A DNA stretch of 64,000 nt from Candidatus Latescibacterota bacterium (GCA_965222075.1 OZ244937.1:768001-832000); one strand, 5' to 3'. Positions 10,605-21,402 are shown, numbered from the stretch's first letter. The notes: generated by a model not told the origin, from the letters alone. Numbers and translations: made by a program.

Positions 10605-10627
10605 GGCGGTTCGCGAACCGCCCCTAC
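10601..10627. repeat. GTAG-type REP-like palindrome
   Basis: GTAGGGCGGTTCGCGAACCGCCCCTAC between convergent genes. Confidence 0.75.
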
Positions 10628-10662
10628 AACTCCAGTTTTTTTTACGTGAGCATGAAACAGGG

Positions 10663-11604
10663 TCATGCTCCGATTGATGCAACTCGTATACCGTCAAGCT
10701 CATCAGCACTGAAGACCCTGGCCTTGAACAGGTTCATGTATTCTTGCGAGACGCTCTGCCCGAAGACCATAAGATCGTCTGTGTTGATAGTTACCTCAAC
10801 ACCGTGGTCGAACAACACGCGGATGGGGTGGGTCTTGAGACTGGTCGTCGCGCCCAGCATGACGTTGCTCGTTGGGCAGATGTGCAGCCGAATTCTGTTT
10901 TCTGCCAACCACTCCATAACGTCGGTAGATTCCGCGGCCGCAATACCGTGTTGTATTTCCGCCAACCCAAGCACGTCAGCAGTTTCCCTCACCCGTTCCG
11001 CTCCTGTAAATTCACCCACGTGTGCCTTCAATTTCATCCCGGCTGATTGCGCGCGCGCGTAGAGCGCAGTCACAGAGTCGAGCGCACGCGCGTCCTCATC
11101 CCCGTAAAGGTCGATGGACACGAACAGGCCGGAGTCAATTCCCTCGCGGGCCCTATCCTCGATCTCCGTGGTACCGATGGTTTCTCGTGCGATCCCCAGT
11201 TCCGGCCTCAGATCAATCTGATCGCGATGGCGCTCTACCAGTTTCCGGATGAATGAAGTAAAACCGGCGAAGCCGGCTTTGAAGTGGCCAGCCGAGCGCA
11301 CATCAAAGCTCATCTCCAGTCGCCGGACGCCATCTCGTGTTGCATCGGCCACAGCTGCCTCGGCTGTGAATTTAAAACCAGCCAGCGAGTTGACGTAGGG
11401 GTCTATGGCCCTGGAGGCGTAGTCCAGCATTCCTCGCAGCCCTCGCATTGGGGTGATCGGTCTATCCAGCGAGTGCCCCAGCCAATGCTCAACGTTCTCG
11501 ATCCGCGTACCGAAGTACGCATGACAGTGGTAGTCAGCCTTCGGTGCACGCCGTATTGACGACAGGTCCCCTGCCTCAAGGGCCTGAGCAAACGGAACAG
11601 TCAT
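10663..11604 (-). CDS. add: Adenosine deaminase family protein
   Basis: [24 protein letters not shown] and TINTDD motifs; ATG at 11604. Confidence 0.9.
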   Translation of the reverse strand: MTVPFAQALEAGDLSSIRRAPKADYHCHAYFGTRIENVEHWLGHSLDRPITPMRGLRGMLDYASRAIDPYVNSLAGFKFTAEAAVADATRDGVRRLEMSFDVRSAGHFKAGFAGFTSFIRKLVERHRDQIDLRPELGIARETIGTTEIEDRAREGIDSGLFVSIDLYGDEDARALDSVTALYARAQSAGMKLKAHVGEFTGAERVRETADVLGLAEIQHGIAAAESTDVMEWLAENRIRLHICPTSNVMLGATTSLKTHPIRVLFDHGVEVTINTDDLMVFGQSVSQEYMNLFKARVFSADELDGIRVASIGA

Positions 11605-11632
11605 GTTTTTACGCTTGTTGGACCCCTGCCGC

Positions 11633-13714
11633 TCATTGAGCGTTCTCCAGTATTGTGACATAGGCGTCGTATAAATTCTGAATGTTCTCGACATAGTGTA
11701 CGGGCTGGCCGCCACGGCAGAAGCCGTATCGCGCCCGCTTGTAGTAAGCCGGTTGGGAAAGCAGGCGCATCGCCTCTTCCACCTGGCCGAACCAGCGGTC
11801 GGGATCCCATCCCTTTTCCCGCGCCAATCGGCGGGCGTCGAGCAGATGGCCGTAGCCGACGTTGTAGGATGCCAGGGCAAAGCGAATCCGCACTTCCGTG
11901 GGGATCTCGAGATCGAAGCGGTCGATAAGCTGATACATGTACTTTGTACCCGCGTGGATGCTCACCTCCGGATCCTGCAGGTTGGTGAATCCCAACTGGC
12001 GCCCCGTGTCTGACATAACCTGCATCAATCCCTGGGCCCCGACCCAGCTGACGGCCTCGGGATCGAATCTCGATTCCTGGTACATCTGCGCGGTAATCAG
12101 GCGCCAGTCCTGGCTGTACCGCAGGGCGTACTTTTTCGCCAGTTCGTCGTAGGGCGACAACCGCCCGCTCAAATCGACCCGCGTTGAATCCTTGGCCCTG
12201 GCAATACCGCGACTGTTCTGGAAATATCTCTTTTTCATCATGTTGAAAAACAGACCGCCTTTTTCCCGCTTTATGTACTGGTTGAGCGATGCCAGCAAGG
12301 CCGGATTCTCCTTGCGCCCAGCCCAGCCCAGCACCGTCGACTTGATGCTGAAGGCGGCCTTGAGCCGGCGGCCATAGGCGCGTTCCACGTCCAGCAGGTT
12401 GGAATCGGACAAGGTGACGTCATAGAGGCCCGACTCGACCCCGGCGAGGATATCCTCGGTCTCTACGTTCTCAGGCAGCAGTACGATCTCGAGGCCTTCC
12501 AGGGAATCCTGCAATGCCGTCAGTGTCGTATAAAACGAAGAGCTGGCGCGCACGTGGACGGTCCGCCCGGCCAGGTCGCGCAGGCCGGTAATCGAATTTT
12601 CATCCGCACGTACCACAACCAGTTCTTCCACCTCGTTATAGGGCCTGGTAAAGGCCGCCCGAACCTGCCTTTCAGGCGTTATGGTCATGGCCGCGGCGAC
12701 GATGTCCCCCTTGCCTTCGTTCAAATGCGACAGCAGTTCGGCGTGGGTGTCCGGGATGACGATTTCAAGACGCAGGCCGTGCTCGGAGGCGAACTTTTTC
12801 ATCAGCTCGTACTCGAACCCCACCTGCAGGCCCCGGTGAATGAAATAGGTCATCGCGTTGTTGCGCGTGATCATGCGCAAGCGGCCGCGTTCGATCAGCC
12901 CGGGCAGGTCGTCGGTGAATTCCTGCTGGCGCTGGCGCGTAAACTGACGGGCGAGAAGAAATTCATCCACCTTCGTCTTGAGCCGGGTATCGCCGGGCCG
13001 CATCATCAGGGCGATCGGACGGTCCCTGGCCAGCACCAGCGGCGTCGCCAAACCGTCGTAATAGCCGGACAGGGCCTGCCACAGGTGCGCGTCGGATACG
13101 GTGGCCTCGTATTGGCCGTTAGAGACTCCTTCCAGCAATTTCTCGAGGTTGAGCGTTTCCGGTACGGTGTGGATGCGCAAAGACGGCACCTGTTGCTGAA
13201 GCTCGACCAGGGTCTGGTAGTACGAGCTTGACCGCCGCACGCTGATCTCCATGCCGGCCAGGTCGGCGACCGTCTCGGGCTGATCGCCGCCCGACCTTGT
13301 GATCAGGTATTCGTCGACGTAGAGATAGGGGACTGAAAACGCCGCCTGCTTTTCGCGATCGGGCGTGATGGTCAGGCTGGCCGCGACCAGGTCGCCCTCG
13401 CCTTCCAGCAGCTTCCCCATCATCCGGGAAAAGTCCCCGACCTCGACAAGCACAAGGTTCAGCTTGAACGCCTCGGCAAGGTCGTGGGCGATATCGTAGT
13501 CGAGCGTCACCTGCTCCCCGTGCCGGGGCATATAGGAGATCGGCTCCAGGGGGACGATCACCCGCAGTGCGCCGCGTGACCGCAAGTGGGGAAGATCGCC
13601 GGTATATATGAGCGGCAGCGGAGGCGGAGGGGTCTGCCCGGGTTCGCTGCATTGCACCAGGACGCACAGGGCGGTCAGCCCTGCAGGAAGAAGCACGCTG
13701 ATTCGTGACAACAC
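11633..13714 (-). CDS. mltF: MltF-like lytic transglycosylase with two ABC substrate-binding domains
   Basis: Lipoprotein-like signal; two SBP_bac_3 repeats; SLT motifs YQESRF, GAQGLMQV, ASYNVG, ARYGFCRG. Confidence 0.88.
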   Translation of the reverse strand: MLSRISVLLPAGLTALCVLVQCSEPGQTPPPPLPLIYTGDLPHLRSRGALRVIVPLEPISYMPRHGEQVTLDYDIAHDLAEAFKLNLVLVEVGDFSRMMGKLLEGEGDLVAASLTITPDREKQAAFSVPYLYVDEYLITRSGGDQPETVADLAGMEISVRRSSSYYQTLVELQQQVPSLRIHTVPETLNLEKLLEGVSNGQYEATVSDAHLWQALSGYYDGLATPLVLARDRPIALMMRPGDTRLKTKVDEFLLARQFTRQRQQEFTDDLPGLIERGRLRMITRNNAMTYFIHRGLQVGFEYELMKKFASEHGLRLEIVIPDTHAELLSHLNEGKGDIVAAAMTITPERQVRAAFTRPYNEVEELVVVRADENSITGLRDLAGRTVHVRASSSFYTTLTALQDSLEGLEIVLLPENVETEDILAGVESGLYDVTLSDSNLLDVERAYGRRLKAAFSIKSTVLGWAGRKENPALLASLNQYIKREKGGLFFNMMKKRYFQNSRGIARAKDSTRVDLSGRLSPYDELAKKYALRYSQDWRLITAQMYQESRFDPEAVSWVGAQGLMQVMSDTGRQLGFTNLQDPEVSIHAGTKYMYQLIDRFDLEIPTEVRIRFALASYNVGYGHLLDARRLAREKGWDPDRWFGQVEEAMRLLSQPAYYKRARYGFCRGGQPVHYVENIQNLYDAYVTILENAQ

Positions 13715-13871
13715 AGGTATCTCCTCCGAATTTTTCCAGTTGCCCTTGCTCGATCTTTAACTCGGAAGTGGCTTGGTGCCAGGCCGAAATCTCGCAAAGG
13801 AGAGGTACATTTCTGAGTCGAAGGGAGGGACGGCTCCTCCAAAATCAAAATCGCTTGACATGAGTTCTACG

Positions 13872-14231
13872 TTAGGGTTCCAACCCATGGATCTCGTCCG
13901 GTTCAGGCATGGACGTGAATTGAACTGCTTTTATGGTCTTGTGTCCTTCAAGTATCGCTTTGCACAGGCGGTGACCGCCATCCATGAGCGAGCCATCGGC
14001 ATTTAGAATGATGGGCTTTTCCAGGGAAGCGTTGTTAATTCTCCGACAATGTTGCGCGATCTTTCTGAGCGTAGGTTTTTTTTCCGGACCGAACCAACAG
14101 TCTTCGTCCAGCTCTTTGACCGACGATACCTCGATTTCAAATGGAGAAAGACCGTGGGACTGAATCCAGAGCTTTTCGGTGTACCACACGAGCCGTTTGC
14201 CATGGCGTATCGTACTGTGTTTCTGTGGCAC
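13872..14231 (-). CDS. Small stand-alone ParB/Srx-like domain protein
   Basis: PIIL..DGSLMDGGHRLCKA motif. Confidence 0.75.
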   Translation of the reverse strand: MPQKHSTIRHGKRLVWYTEKLWIQSHGLSPFEIEVSSVKELDEDCWFGPEKKPTLRKIAQHCRRINNASLEKPIILNADGSLMDGGHRLCKAILEGHKTIKAVQFTSMPEPDEIHGLEP

Positions 14232-14378
14232 GAATCCTCCTTTGGGTCCAGCGTAGAATTCCGAAACATCTATGGGGAAGAAGTACGATGGTCCGGAGCC
14301 GTGGATGCTCGTGTTATATCCAGTTGTGCCTATCCGTGTCCCTGAATTGAAGCTCGGACCATGAGTACTTCAGGAACA

Positions 14379-14882
14379 TCACAGTCCATCGGCAAAGGAG
14401 ATCGTTTTCTTCAGCGTGTACCGGACCTCTTCATAGCCGTCGTGCCACTCGATTTTCCCTCTTTTCCAACCGAGATACTCGTAGAAACCCTCCGCTCGGG
14501 TGTTCGTCCCCGTCGTAAGCCAAATCTCCTCTACTTCATTTTGCCATAGCCAGTCAACCGCTACCTCCAATAGCCTTCGCCCTATCCGGCGACCTTCGTA
14601 TGCTGGAAGAACGAATAGGGCCCAGATGGACCTGGAATCGGAGTTGGCGATACAGAATCCAACGAGACGATCACCAACGTCCGCCACCCAGCACTTGCCG
14701 CAGGTTTGCAGCAAAGCCGCGATGCTCTCAGGAGTTATTCTCGACTCCTTCAGTTCCTCCTCCGTCATCGCATTCTCTATGGTAGCCGTCCGAATGTCAA
14801 AGATCACTGGAATGTCGACTGCGTTGGCTTCACGAATCTGAACCGGATTTCTGCTCAAATCAAACGCTCTTTCGGTAGTCAA
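14379..14882 (-). CDS. GNAT family N-acetyltransferase
   Basis: IWALFVLPAYEGRRIGRRLL, RAEGFYEYLGW. Confidence 0.88.
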   Translation of the reverse strand: MTTERAFDLSRNPVQIREANAVDIPVIFDIRTATIENAMTEEELKESRITPESIAALLQTCGKCWVADVGDRLVGFCIANSDSRSIWALFVLPAYEGRRIGRRLLEVAVDWLWQNEVEEIWLTTGTNTRAEGFYEYLGWKRGKIEWHDGYEEVRYTLKKTISFADGL

Positions 14883-15002
14883 GATCTACGATCCAAGCCC
14901 GGCGGGCCGATCAAATACGAACTGTTGCTGGTCCCTCCGAGCGATTTCTCGTTATGAGCTGATTGTTCGCGGTGGTGGTTTCACCCGGGAGGTCAAACCC
15001 CG

Positions 15003-15035
15003 CCTGCCTGTCGAGCAGAACTCGGCGCAGGCAGG
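15003..15035. repeat. 33-bp CCTGCCTG...CAGGCAGG palindromic element (intergenic copy)
   Basis: 30/33 identical to 60944-60976. Confidence 0.85.
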
Positions 15036-15057
15036 CCACCCGCTCTGCGGGTGGTCA

Positions 15058-15603
15058 TTAATTCAGGAGAATAGTGCCAGGAACTCGAAGGATCTCGGCC
15101 CCTGTGAATCTGTCTTCATCGAATATTAGCCGTACTCCTTCGCAATAGTTGCAGGATGGCCCCCAGGCTTCATATTCAGCATTGGGTACACAGCCAACCG
15201 CACTTGCCTCAACGATGCCTCCATGAGAGATAATCAGTGCGCGTCCACCTTCCTGCAACGACTGAGCAATCTTGAAGTGGAAGTCGGCCAACTTGCTGGC
15301 GAAATTTGCCGTCACGCTCTTCGGATTCTCCCGGACGTAGCAAGAGAATCGCTCAAAGCCTTCGTCGAAGGAAACCTCAATGTTCTCCGGCATAGACGAG
15401 AGCAGCTCGATCTGACGGTCAACTGCAAAACCCATCGCTACGCTTGTTTCGAACGCACGAGGCACCGTGCTTGTCAAGACCTGGTCGAAAGGACCCACTT
15501 TTTCCCCAACTCGACGGGCAAGATCAACTCCGGCTTGGGAAAGATGCTGCCCGGGCTTCGTTCTCATTGAATGTCGTCGATGTTCAATGTATCTCAGGTT
15601 CAT
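15058..15603 (-). CDS. Histidine phosphatase (phosphoglycerate mutase) family protein
   Basis: RH motif near the N-terminus, TS..PRAFET, LIISHGG. Confidence 0.82.
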   Translation of the reverse strand: MNLRYIEHRRHSMRTKPGQHLSQAGVDLARRVGEKVGPFDQVLTSTVPRAFETSVAMGFAVDRQIELLSSMPENIEVSFDEGFERFSCYVRENPKSVTANFASKLADFHFKIAQSLQEGGRALIISHGGIVEASAVGCVPNAEYEAWGPSCNYCEGVRLIFDEDRFTGAEILRVPGTILLN

Positions 15604-15905
15604 TCACGTTGTCTCGGCAAACCTGTGAAGCGGCGCGAGTTGATATAGCCTGAGCCGAAGCCTCGATGTTCGGGCGTGGGTCCAAATGGCATGGCCGGTA
15701 GAACCAGAGCACGAACGCCGTGACTGCGTGCCACGTACTGTGCAGCCTCCAGGGCAACGGCTTCCGCAAACCATGTGTCGAAGTCCACTGGCAAATGTGG
15801 GCCTTGCTGCTCCGTGCATCCTGTGGGTACGATCGCCAAACACCCTGTGCCAATAAGGGTTTTTATCTCTAAATATGTATAATCACTGAATTTATGGGAT
15901 TTCAT
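15600..15905 (-). pseudogene. 3'-truncated creatininase family gene
   Basis: IVPTGCTEQQGPHLPVDFD...PFG..PEH..F; only about 88 aa of a family that is normally about 250 aa. Confidence 0.8.
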
Positions 15906-15966
15906 TTTGACATGTTTCAGGTAGTACCTCCGGTATCAGGTGTCGGCACGAGCCAGTATTTCACAT

Positions 15967-17766
15967 CTATTTGACCTTCAGGTGCAGATTTATGTTTCGT
16001 CCTTGCCAGGGTTCGGCCTGATTGTTCGGCGAGAATGATCCAGTGAACGAATTCACGCGAGATGCTATCTGCCCCGCCAGGTCACGCAGTGCTCTGTTCA
16101 TCATATCCGTTGGGTTCTCCAGATCTCTCCTGGCCGTGAATCGAGAATCACTCTGGCTGATGAAATGGAACTTGCCTTTGACTCTAATAGCAAGTCGTTT
16201 ATAATCTCCGTAATAAGACGCATACTCGACCTTGTCGTTGATCCGGCTACTCAGGGTCTCCGAAACAAGAACATCGCCAGTAGAAGTATCCAGTACGCGG
16301 AAGTTTGCCTCGCAATTCGCATTGGCTGATTGGGTCACAATATGGTAGGTCCGCTGACCCAGTGACATTAACAGGTTATCCCCTACCTGCGTTACCTCTT
16401 CCGCAGTCATACCGACCCGGTTCGGGCTGGTCCGGGATGAAGACGCTGTCAGGAGATCACACAGCACGGCCAGCCTTATATCGGAAGACTTGGCCGCGTT
16501 CAGCGTAGCCATTGGATCAACGAGGCTGATGCTGACTCCCTGACTTTGGAAGAGACGGTTAAGCGTGGCCTGGTCCACATAGTCAACGAACTTCGACTTG
16601 CCTTTTGTCAAAGAGGACATCAGGGATTGCTGAAACAGCCCAATGTTTGCACCGAAGACCGAAGTTTTTACAGGGTAAACAGCAACTCGATACCTCGCCT
16701 TTTCGTATGCCTCTTGCTGCTTGACCGACGAATCCTTGTATCCAGGCACCATGATCATAGCGGATTCAAAGCTGTCGTAGGCCTCTCGATATAGCCCTTG
16801 GCCGAACTGAGCTACGCCCAACCGATAATGCCCTTCCGCAATTAACGCCTGCGCCTCCGAATCTCCGGGAATGTATTCTACATACTTACGCAATTCCCTG
16901 ATGGCGTCGCCGTACGAACCGTTTTCAAATGCGCGCTTTCCCTTCTCCAGATGTTGAGAGGCAGTCTTTTCCATTTGTCCGGGTACGAGCAAAGGAGCGA
17001 TTGCCGGAACAGACACAAGACTGGCGCCGCCAACGAGTCTCGCATCGCTGCGGCCAGTCACAACATTGGGCACCATCCCCCCTTCGGCCTCTGAGAAGCG
17101 CCAGTAGCCAACAAGCCCCTCCTCAGCCCCTGTCAGAGTCCTGTTCATTCTCTGTGTAATCTCATTCCGAGAAAGAGGCCGCGACCATACTCTGAACTCA
17201 GATATTGAGCCGTCAAGCATCTTATCCTCAGGCCAGTTGGATTTGCCAATCAGGTTGTTTCCACCTGCGCTTTCGGAAAGTGAACCATAATAACTTTCGT
17301 CGCCAACAAGATTCCCGTTCACATAGAGTTGCATACCACCATAGCCCGACACTGCGGCTATGTGATACCACGCGCCAGTACTCACGACTTTCCTGGCCTT
17401 GATGCCTCGCTGTTTCCCGCCACGATCCCAGATCCGGAAGTTCAGGCCGTTACTCGTCTTCTCCGTCTGCACGACTGTGGCGTTGCCCTCCCTTCCGAAA
17501 TCAAATACACGCGCCCACTTGTTGAATCTGTTCCACTTTATCCAGGCTTCCACAGTTGCACTTTCCAGGCGGTCGAAGGCCCCCCCGGGTAACTCCACAT
17601 AGCCGGATTTTCCATCAAGCTGCAGTACCATCATTTCGTCAGCCAAACCCTGTGAATAGAGGCAAGTGACAACAACAACCCCAATGCCCAGCCTCACCAG
17701 CAAGCCACTGGACCGGCTGTTTCGACGTATGACTATAGAACTGATCCATGTTGACTTTGACAACAT
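15967..17766 (-). CDS. Secreted LamG (concanavalin-like) + TPR + CsgG/FlgO-like domain protein
   Basis: TVEAWIK, WYHIAAV, LYVNG, ISEFRVW, GLVGYWRF; TPR-like helices; C-terminal VAVYP...FRVLDTSTGDVL fold pattern. Confidence 0.75.
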   Translation of the reverse strand: MLSKSTWISSIVIRRNSRSSGLLVRLGIGVVVVTCLYSQGLADEMMVLQLDGKSGYVELPGGAFDRLESATVEAWIKWNRFNKWARVFDFGREGNATVVQTEKTSNGLNFRIWDRGGKQRGIKARKVVSTGAWYHIAAVSGYGGMQLYVNGNLVGDESYYGSLSESAGGNNLIGKSNWPEDKMLDGSISEFRVWSRPLSRNEITQRMNRTLTGAEEGLVGYWRFSEAEGGMVPNVVTGRSDARLVGGASLVSVPAIAPLLVPGQMEKTASQHLEKGKRAFENGSYGDAIRELRKYVEYIPGDSEAQALIAEGHYRLGVAQFGQGLYREAYDSFESAMIMVPGYKDSSVKQQEAYEKARYRVAVYPVKTSVFGANIGLFQQSLMSSLTKGKSKFVDYVDQATLNRLFQSQGVSISLVDPMATLNAAKSSDIRLAVLCDLLTASSSRTSPNRVGMTAEEVTQVGDNLLMSLGQRTYHIVTQSANANCEANFRVLDTSTGDVLVSETLSSRINDKVEYASYYGDYKRLAIRVKGKFHFISQSDSRFTARRDLENPTDMMNRALRDLAGQIASRVNSFTGSFSPNNQAEPWQGRNINLHLKVK

Positions 17767-18079
17767 CGCATTCCCCCTCTTGCGGACCGACAGTGCATTA
17801 AGGAAACAAGGGAATGTATACCCTTTCAATGGTTATTGCAATGACAATCTCGTCCCCGGGGTATGTTAAGGATCATGTGCTCCCCGTGCTCCCGTCGCCG
17901 CTTGTCAACGTTACACGAAATGAAAATTTACTTGACTGCGATCGCTATATGAAGCTATATTGCAGGTTGTACTGAAGATTTTGCAGTGTTTGGTGTGGTA
18001 CATCGTTGTGTATAATTGCGAGTTAGGTTCCAGATAGGAAAGTCAAGATGAACAACCTGAAAAGAGGAGGAGGCCCGGT

Positions 18080-19594
18080 ATGTTTAGCAGTATTCGCAGT
18101 GTGTTTGTGTTACTGCTTGCCGGAGGCGTAGTGTGGAGCTGCAGCGGTGAACGTGTGACGACGTCACCGGTAACGGATGCAGAGGAACAGATTGGACAGC
18201 CGCTGAGTAAACCGGCTGTAAACAGGGACTTGACACAGGCTTTGGTGGTGGCCAGGGTGCACCAGGATCAGGTGCCTGTGAGTGATGTAACCGTAGCGTT
18301 TTCGCGTTCTGTTTCAGGACGGGCAGCGAATTATGAGTGGTCTGCCACAACCGATGAGAATGGTGAGGCGAGGGTGGAGATTGGGGCGGACGATGTGGGT
18401 GGTTATTATCAGGCGCGCGCCTTGCAGGGTGGGAGCCTTCTGGGTTCGTGGTCGAGTATTCCGATTAACGGTGGGTATGAGTTGAGGGTTGATTTGCCCG
18501 TTGGTGGGAAGGCACGCGTGACGGGTTCATCCATTCTGACATCGGTTGGCGTCGTCTTGCCCCTGACCATTCAACTGGGCGGCCTGACGACGGAAAGCCC
18601 ACGCGGCCTGACGATAAAAAATGGCTTTGAGCTCGCTCTTGAAGAGGTCAACAGCTCATCGCAACTCGGCGGGGCAAGCATCAAGTTCGTTGTCGAGAAT
18701 TCTCAAGGCACCGCAGAGGGGGCGGTTGAAGCGTTCAATAAGCTGATTCACCAGGACGGCGTGTCTGCCATCCTCGGTCCCGCCATCTCAACCGCCGCCG
18801 TAGAGGCTTTCCCCATCGCGCAACAAAATCAGGTCGTGGCTTTTAGTTCGACCTCAAGCGCCCCTGGCCTGAGTGCGATTGGCGATTTTATTTTCCGCGC
18901 TGGTCTCACCGTAGATGTGCTTGTGCCCGGTAGCGTCAAGATAACTCAGGAGAAGCTGGGCTATCAGAGGGTGGCTATGATGGTCGATCAGCTTGATCTC
19001 TTTTCCAAGAGCAGCGACGAGGCGTTGAGGAGCGCGCTCGCTGAAAACGGCGTCGAGATTTTGGTTAGAGAGACTTTTGAAAGGGGCGATACCACCTTTT
19101 CCGAGCAGTTAAACCGGATAAAGGCGTTGCGTCCGGATGCCATTTTTATCTCAGCTTTACCACCAGACCAGCCTGAGATTCTGATCCAGGGCCGCCAGTT
19201 TGGTATTCCCTCGGATGTTCCCTTTATTGTTCCGTTAATGACCATAGACGAAATACAAGCTGCGGGTGTTGCCGCCGAAGGTGCAGTTACGTTTACGGGC
19301 TGGACCAGTATGGCTTCCACACCGGGAAATCAAACCTTCGTTGAGAATTATAGAGCGAAATACGGTATTGACCCGAACCCCTGGGCCGCGCAGTCGTATG
19401 CCGCTCTCCATATTCTTGCGGAGGCGATCGCGAATGCCCAATCAACGGAGGCGATCACGATTCGAGAGGCGATGGCGGGTATCAGAGATTTGGACACGAT
19501 TTTGGGCCAGTTCTCTTTTGACGCCGATGGGGACGCGGTTTACGACCCGATTGTACTGATCGTCCGGGATGGCAAATTCGAGGTTTTCGAGTGA
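18080..19594 (+). CDS. LivK/LivJ-type (PBP1) substrate-binding lipoprotein with extra N-terminal module
   Basis: Lipobox VWSC; VGVVLPLT, GFELA, ILGP, DFIFR, AAQSY, LGQFSFDADGD. Confidence 0.9.
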   Translation: MFSSIRSVFVLLLAGGVVWSCSGERVTTSPVTDAEEQIGQPLSKPAVNRDLTQALVVARVHQDQVPVSDVTVAFSRSVSGRAANYEWSATTDENGEARVEIGADDVGGYYQARALQGGSLLGSWSSIPINGGYELRVDLPVGGKARVTGSSILTSVGVVLPLTIQLGGLTTESPRGLTIKNGFELALEEVNSSSQLGGASIKFVVENSQGTAEGAVEAFNKLIHQDGVSAILGPAISTAAVEAFPIAQQNQVVAFSSTSSAPGLSAIGDFIFRAGLTVDVLVPGSVKITQEKLGYQRVAMMVDQLDLFSKSSDEALRSALAENGVEILVRETFERGDTTFSEQLNRIKALRPDAIFISALPPDQPEILIQGRQFGIPSDVPFIVPLMTIDEIQAAGVAAEGAVTFTGWTSMASTPGNQTFVENYRAKYGIDPNPWAAQSYAALHILAEAIANAQSTEAITIREAMAGIRDLDTILGQFSFDADGDAVYDPIVLIVRDGKFEVFE

Positions 19595-19729
19595 GTGCGC
19601 ATTTCACATCTTTTGGAAGTTTATGCACCGGGAGATTATTTTTTCCGAAATGACAGGTAGGCTCAGGAAGCGATTGACTCGTTTTTCCGGGTAATTTCGC
19701 TGGTCATTTCCAAATTAAGGAGGCTCGCT

Positions 19730-21346
19730 ATGTTTAGACGTATTCGCAGTGTGTTTGTGTTGCTGCTTGCCGGAGGCGTGACGTGGAGCTGCAGCGGTGA
19801 GCGTGTGACGACGTCACCGGTAACGGATGCAGGCCTGCCTGTTGGGGGGCCGCTGAGTAAACCGGCTGTAAGCAGGGACTTGACACAGGCTTTGGTGGTG
19901 GCCAGGGTGCACCAGGATCAGGTGCCTGTGAGTGATGTAACCGTGGAACTCTCGCGTTCTGTTTCAGGACGGGCAGCGAATTATGAGTGGTCGGGCACAA
20001 CCGATGAGAATGGTGAGGCGAGGGTGGAGATTGAGGGGGATGATGTGAGTGGTTATTATCAGGCGCGCGCCATGCAGGAGGGGAGCCTGCTGGGGATGTG
20101 GTCAAGTATTCCGGTTAACGGTGGGTATGAGTTGATGGTTGATTTGCCCGTTGGTGGGAAGGCGCGTGTGACGGGTTCATCCATGCGGGCCTTAGTCACG
20201 ATTGGCGAAGGTGAGGCCGTGCAGATCCGTTCGGTGCTCGCGCACATCGTCGTGCCGTCGGTTGCGGCGTGGTCGCGGTACAGCATCGAGTTAGCTATCC
20301 AGGACTTCGGCAGCATCCACGGTCACGAGGTCGAACTCGGCGAACCAATAGACGGCATGTGTTCGCCAGAGGGCGGACGCACAAGTGCCGAGCAGGTCAT
20401 CGCCGACCCACAGGTAGTCGGCATCATCGGCACATTGTGTTCTGGCTCAGCAGTGGAGGCCTCACCGCTGCTCAGCGAGGCAGGGCTGGTGATGATCTCG
20501 CCAGCCAACACGTCGCCTGTGCTCACCTCCGACCTCGCCGGCAACGCGAGTCCCAACTACCACCCCGGCTATTTCCGCACGACTAACAACGACCTCTATC
20601 AGGGGCAAGCGGTCGCCGACTTCGCATACAATGAATTGGGCCTGCGGCGCATGGTGTCCATAGACGATGGCGACCCGTACACCATGGGCCTCACCGTCGC
20701 GTTTGGCAATGCGTTCCGCGCCCTTGGCGGCGAGGTCGCGGTCACCGCCCGGATCGAGAAGGGGACCACGGACATGACATCCGTCCTCGCGGAATTCGCG
20801 GCAGCCGAGCCGGACGGCATCTTCTTCCCGCTCTTCATCGCAGAAGGCTCGCCATTTGCCGAGCAGGTGAGGGAGGTCGATGGCCTAAAAGACGCGACAC
20901 TCATCACGGACGCGGCTCTCCTCTTGGCGGAATTCCTCGGCACACCGCAGTCTGAGGGCATCTACTTTGCAGGGCCGGAGCCGGTGCAGGGCGCAAACGT
21001 CAATGTTGCCACCGGCAAAAACGGAGATGCGATTCTCGCCGAGATCGAATCTATTTACGGCGGGTCTCATACCTCTCCTTTCTGGGCGCACGCATACGAC
21101 GCCACGACGCTGTTGCTCAGTGCCATCAACTCCGTTGCGGTGGCGGATGGCGGAAAGTTGTACATAGACCGCGCCGCGCTGCGCCAGGAGATCGCGGCGA
21201 CGGACGGCTTCCAGGGTCTCCTCGGCACGCTCTCCTGTGACGATTTCGGCGACTGCGGCACCGGGCGCGTAAGCATCTACCACCACACGGACCTGAGCAT
21301 CATAGACCCCGCGCAATTGCCGGTGGTCTATCGGTTCCCGCTGTGA
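19730..21346 (+). CDS. Branched-chain amino-acid-type substrate-binding lipoprotein (second class) with the same N-terminal module
   Basis: Lipobox TWSC; DGMCS, IIGTLCSG, MISPANTSP, YFRT..ND, AYDA. Confidence 0.9.
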   Translation: MFRRIRSVFVLLLAGGVTWSCSGERVTTSPVTDAGLPVGGPLSKPAVSRDLTQALVVARVHQDQVPVSDVTVELSRSVSGRAANYEWSGTTDENGEARVEIEGDDVSGYYQARAMQEGSLLGMWSSIPVNGGYELMVDLPVGGKARVTGSSMRALVTIGEGEAVQIRSVLAHIVVPSVAAWSRYSIELAIQDFGSIHGHEVELGEPIDGMCSPEGGRTSAEQVIADPQVVGIIGTLCSGSAVEASPLLSEAGLVMISPANTSPVLTSDLAGNASPNYHPGYFRTTNNDLYQGQAVADFAYNELGLRRMVSIDDGDPYTMGLTVAFGNAFRALGGEVAVTARIEKGTTDMTSVLAEFAAAEPDGIFFPLFIAEGSPFAEQVREVDGLKDATLITDAALLLAEFLGTPQSEGIYFAGPEPVQGANVNVATGKNGDAILAEIESIYGGSHTSPFWAHAYDATTLLLSAINSVAVADGGKLYIDRAALRQEIAATDGFQGLLGTLSCDDFGDCGTGRVSIYHHTDLSIIDPAQLPVVYRFPL

Positions 21347-21379
21347 AGCCCTAACTTGCCGCTCTAATGGCAAGGTCCC

Positions 21380-21402
21380 CAGGGCGATCCTTGTGGTCGC
21401 CC
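21380..21402. repeat. REP-like palindrome GGGCGATCCTTGTGGTCGCCC
   Basis: Related copies at about 52907-52930 and 62192-62217. Confidence 0.7.

Noticed and set aside
10663-11604. Adenosine deaminase as a RADAR-type defence component
   Set aside because: Normal-sized stand-alone enzyme with no adjacent RdrA-like ATPase.
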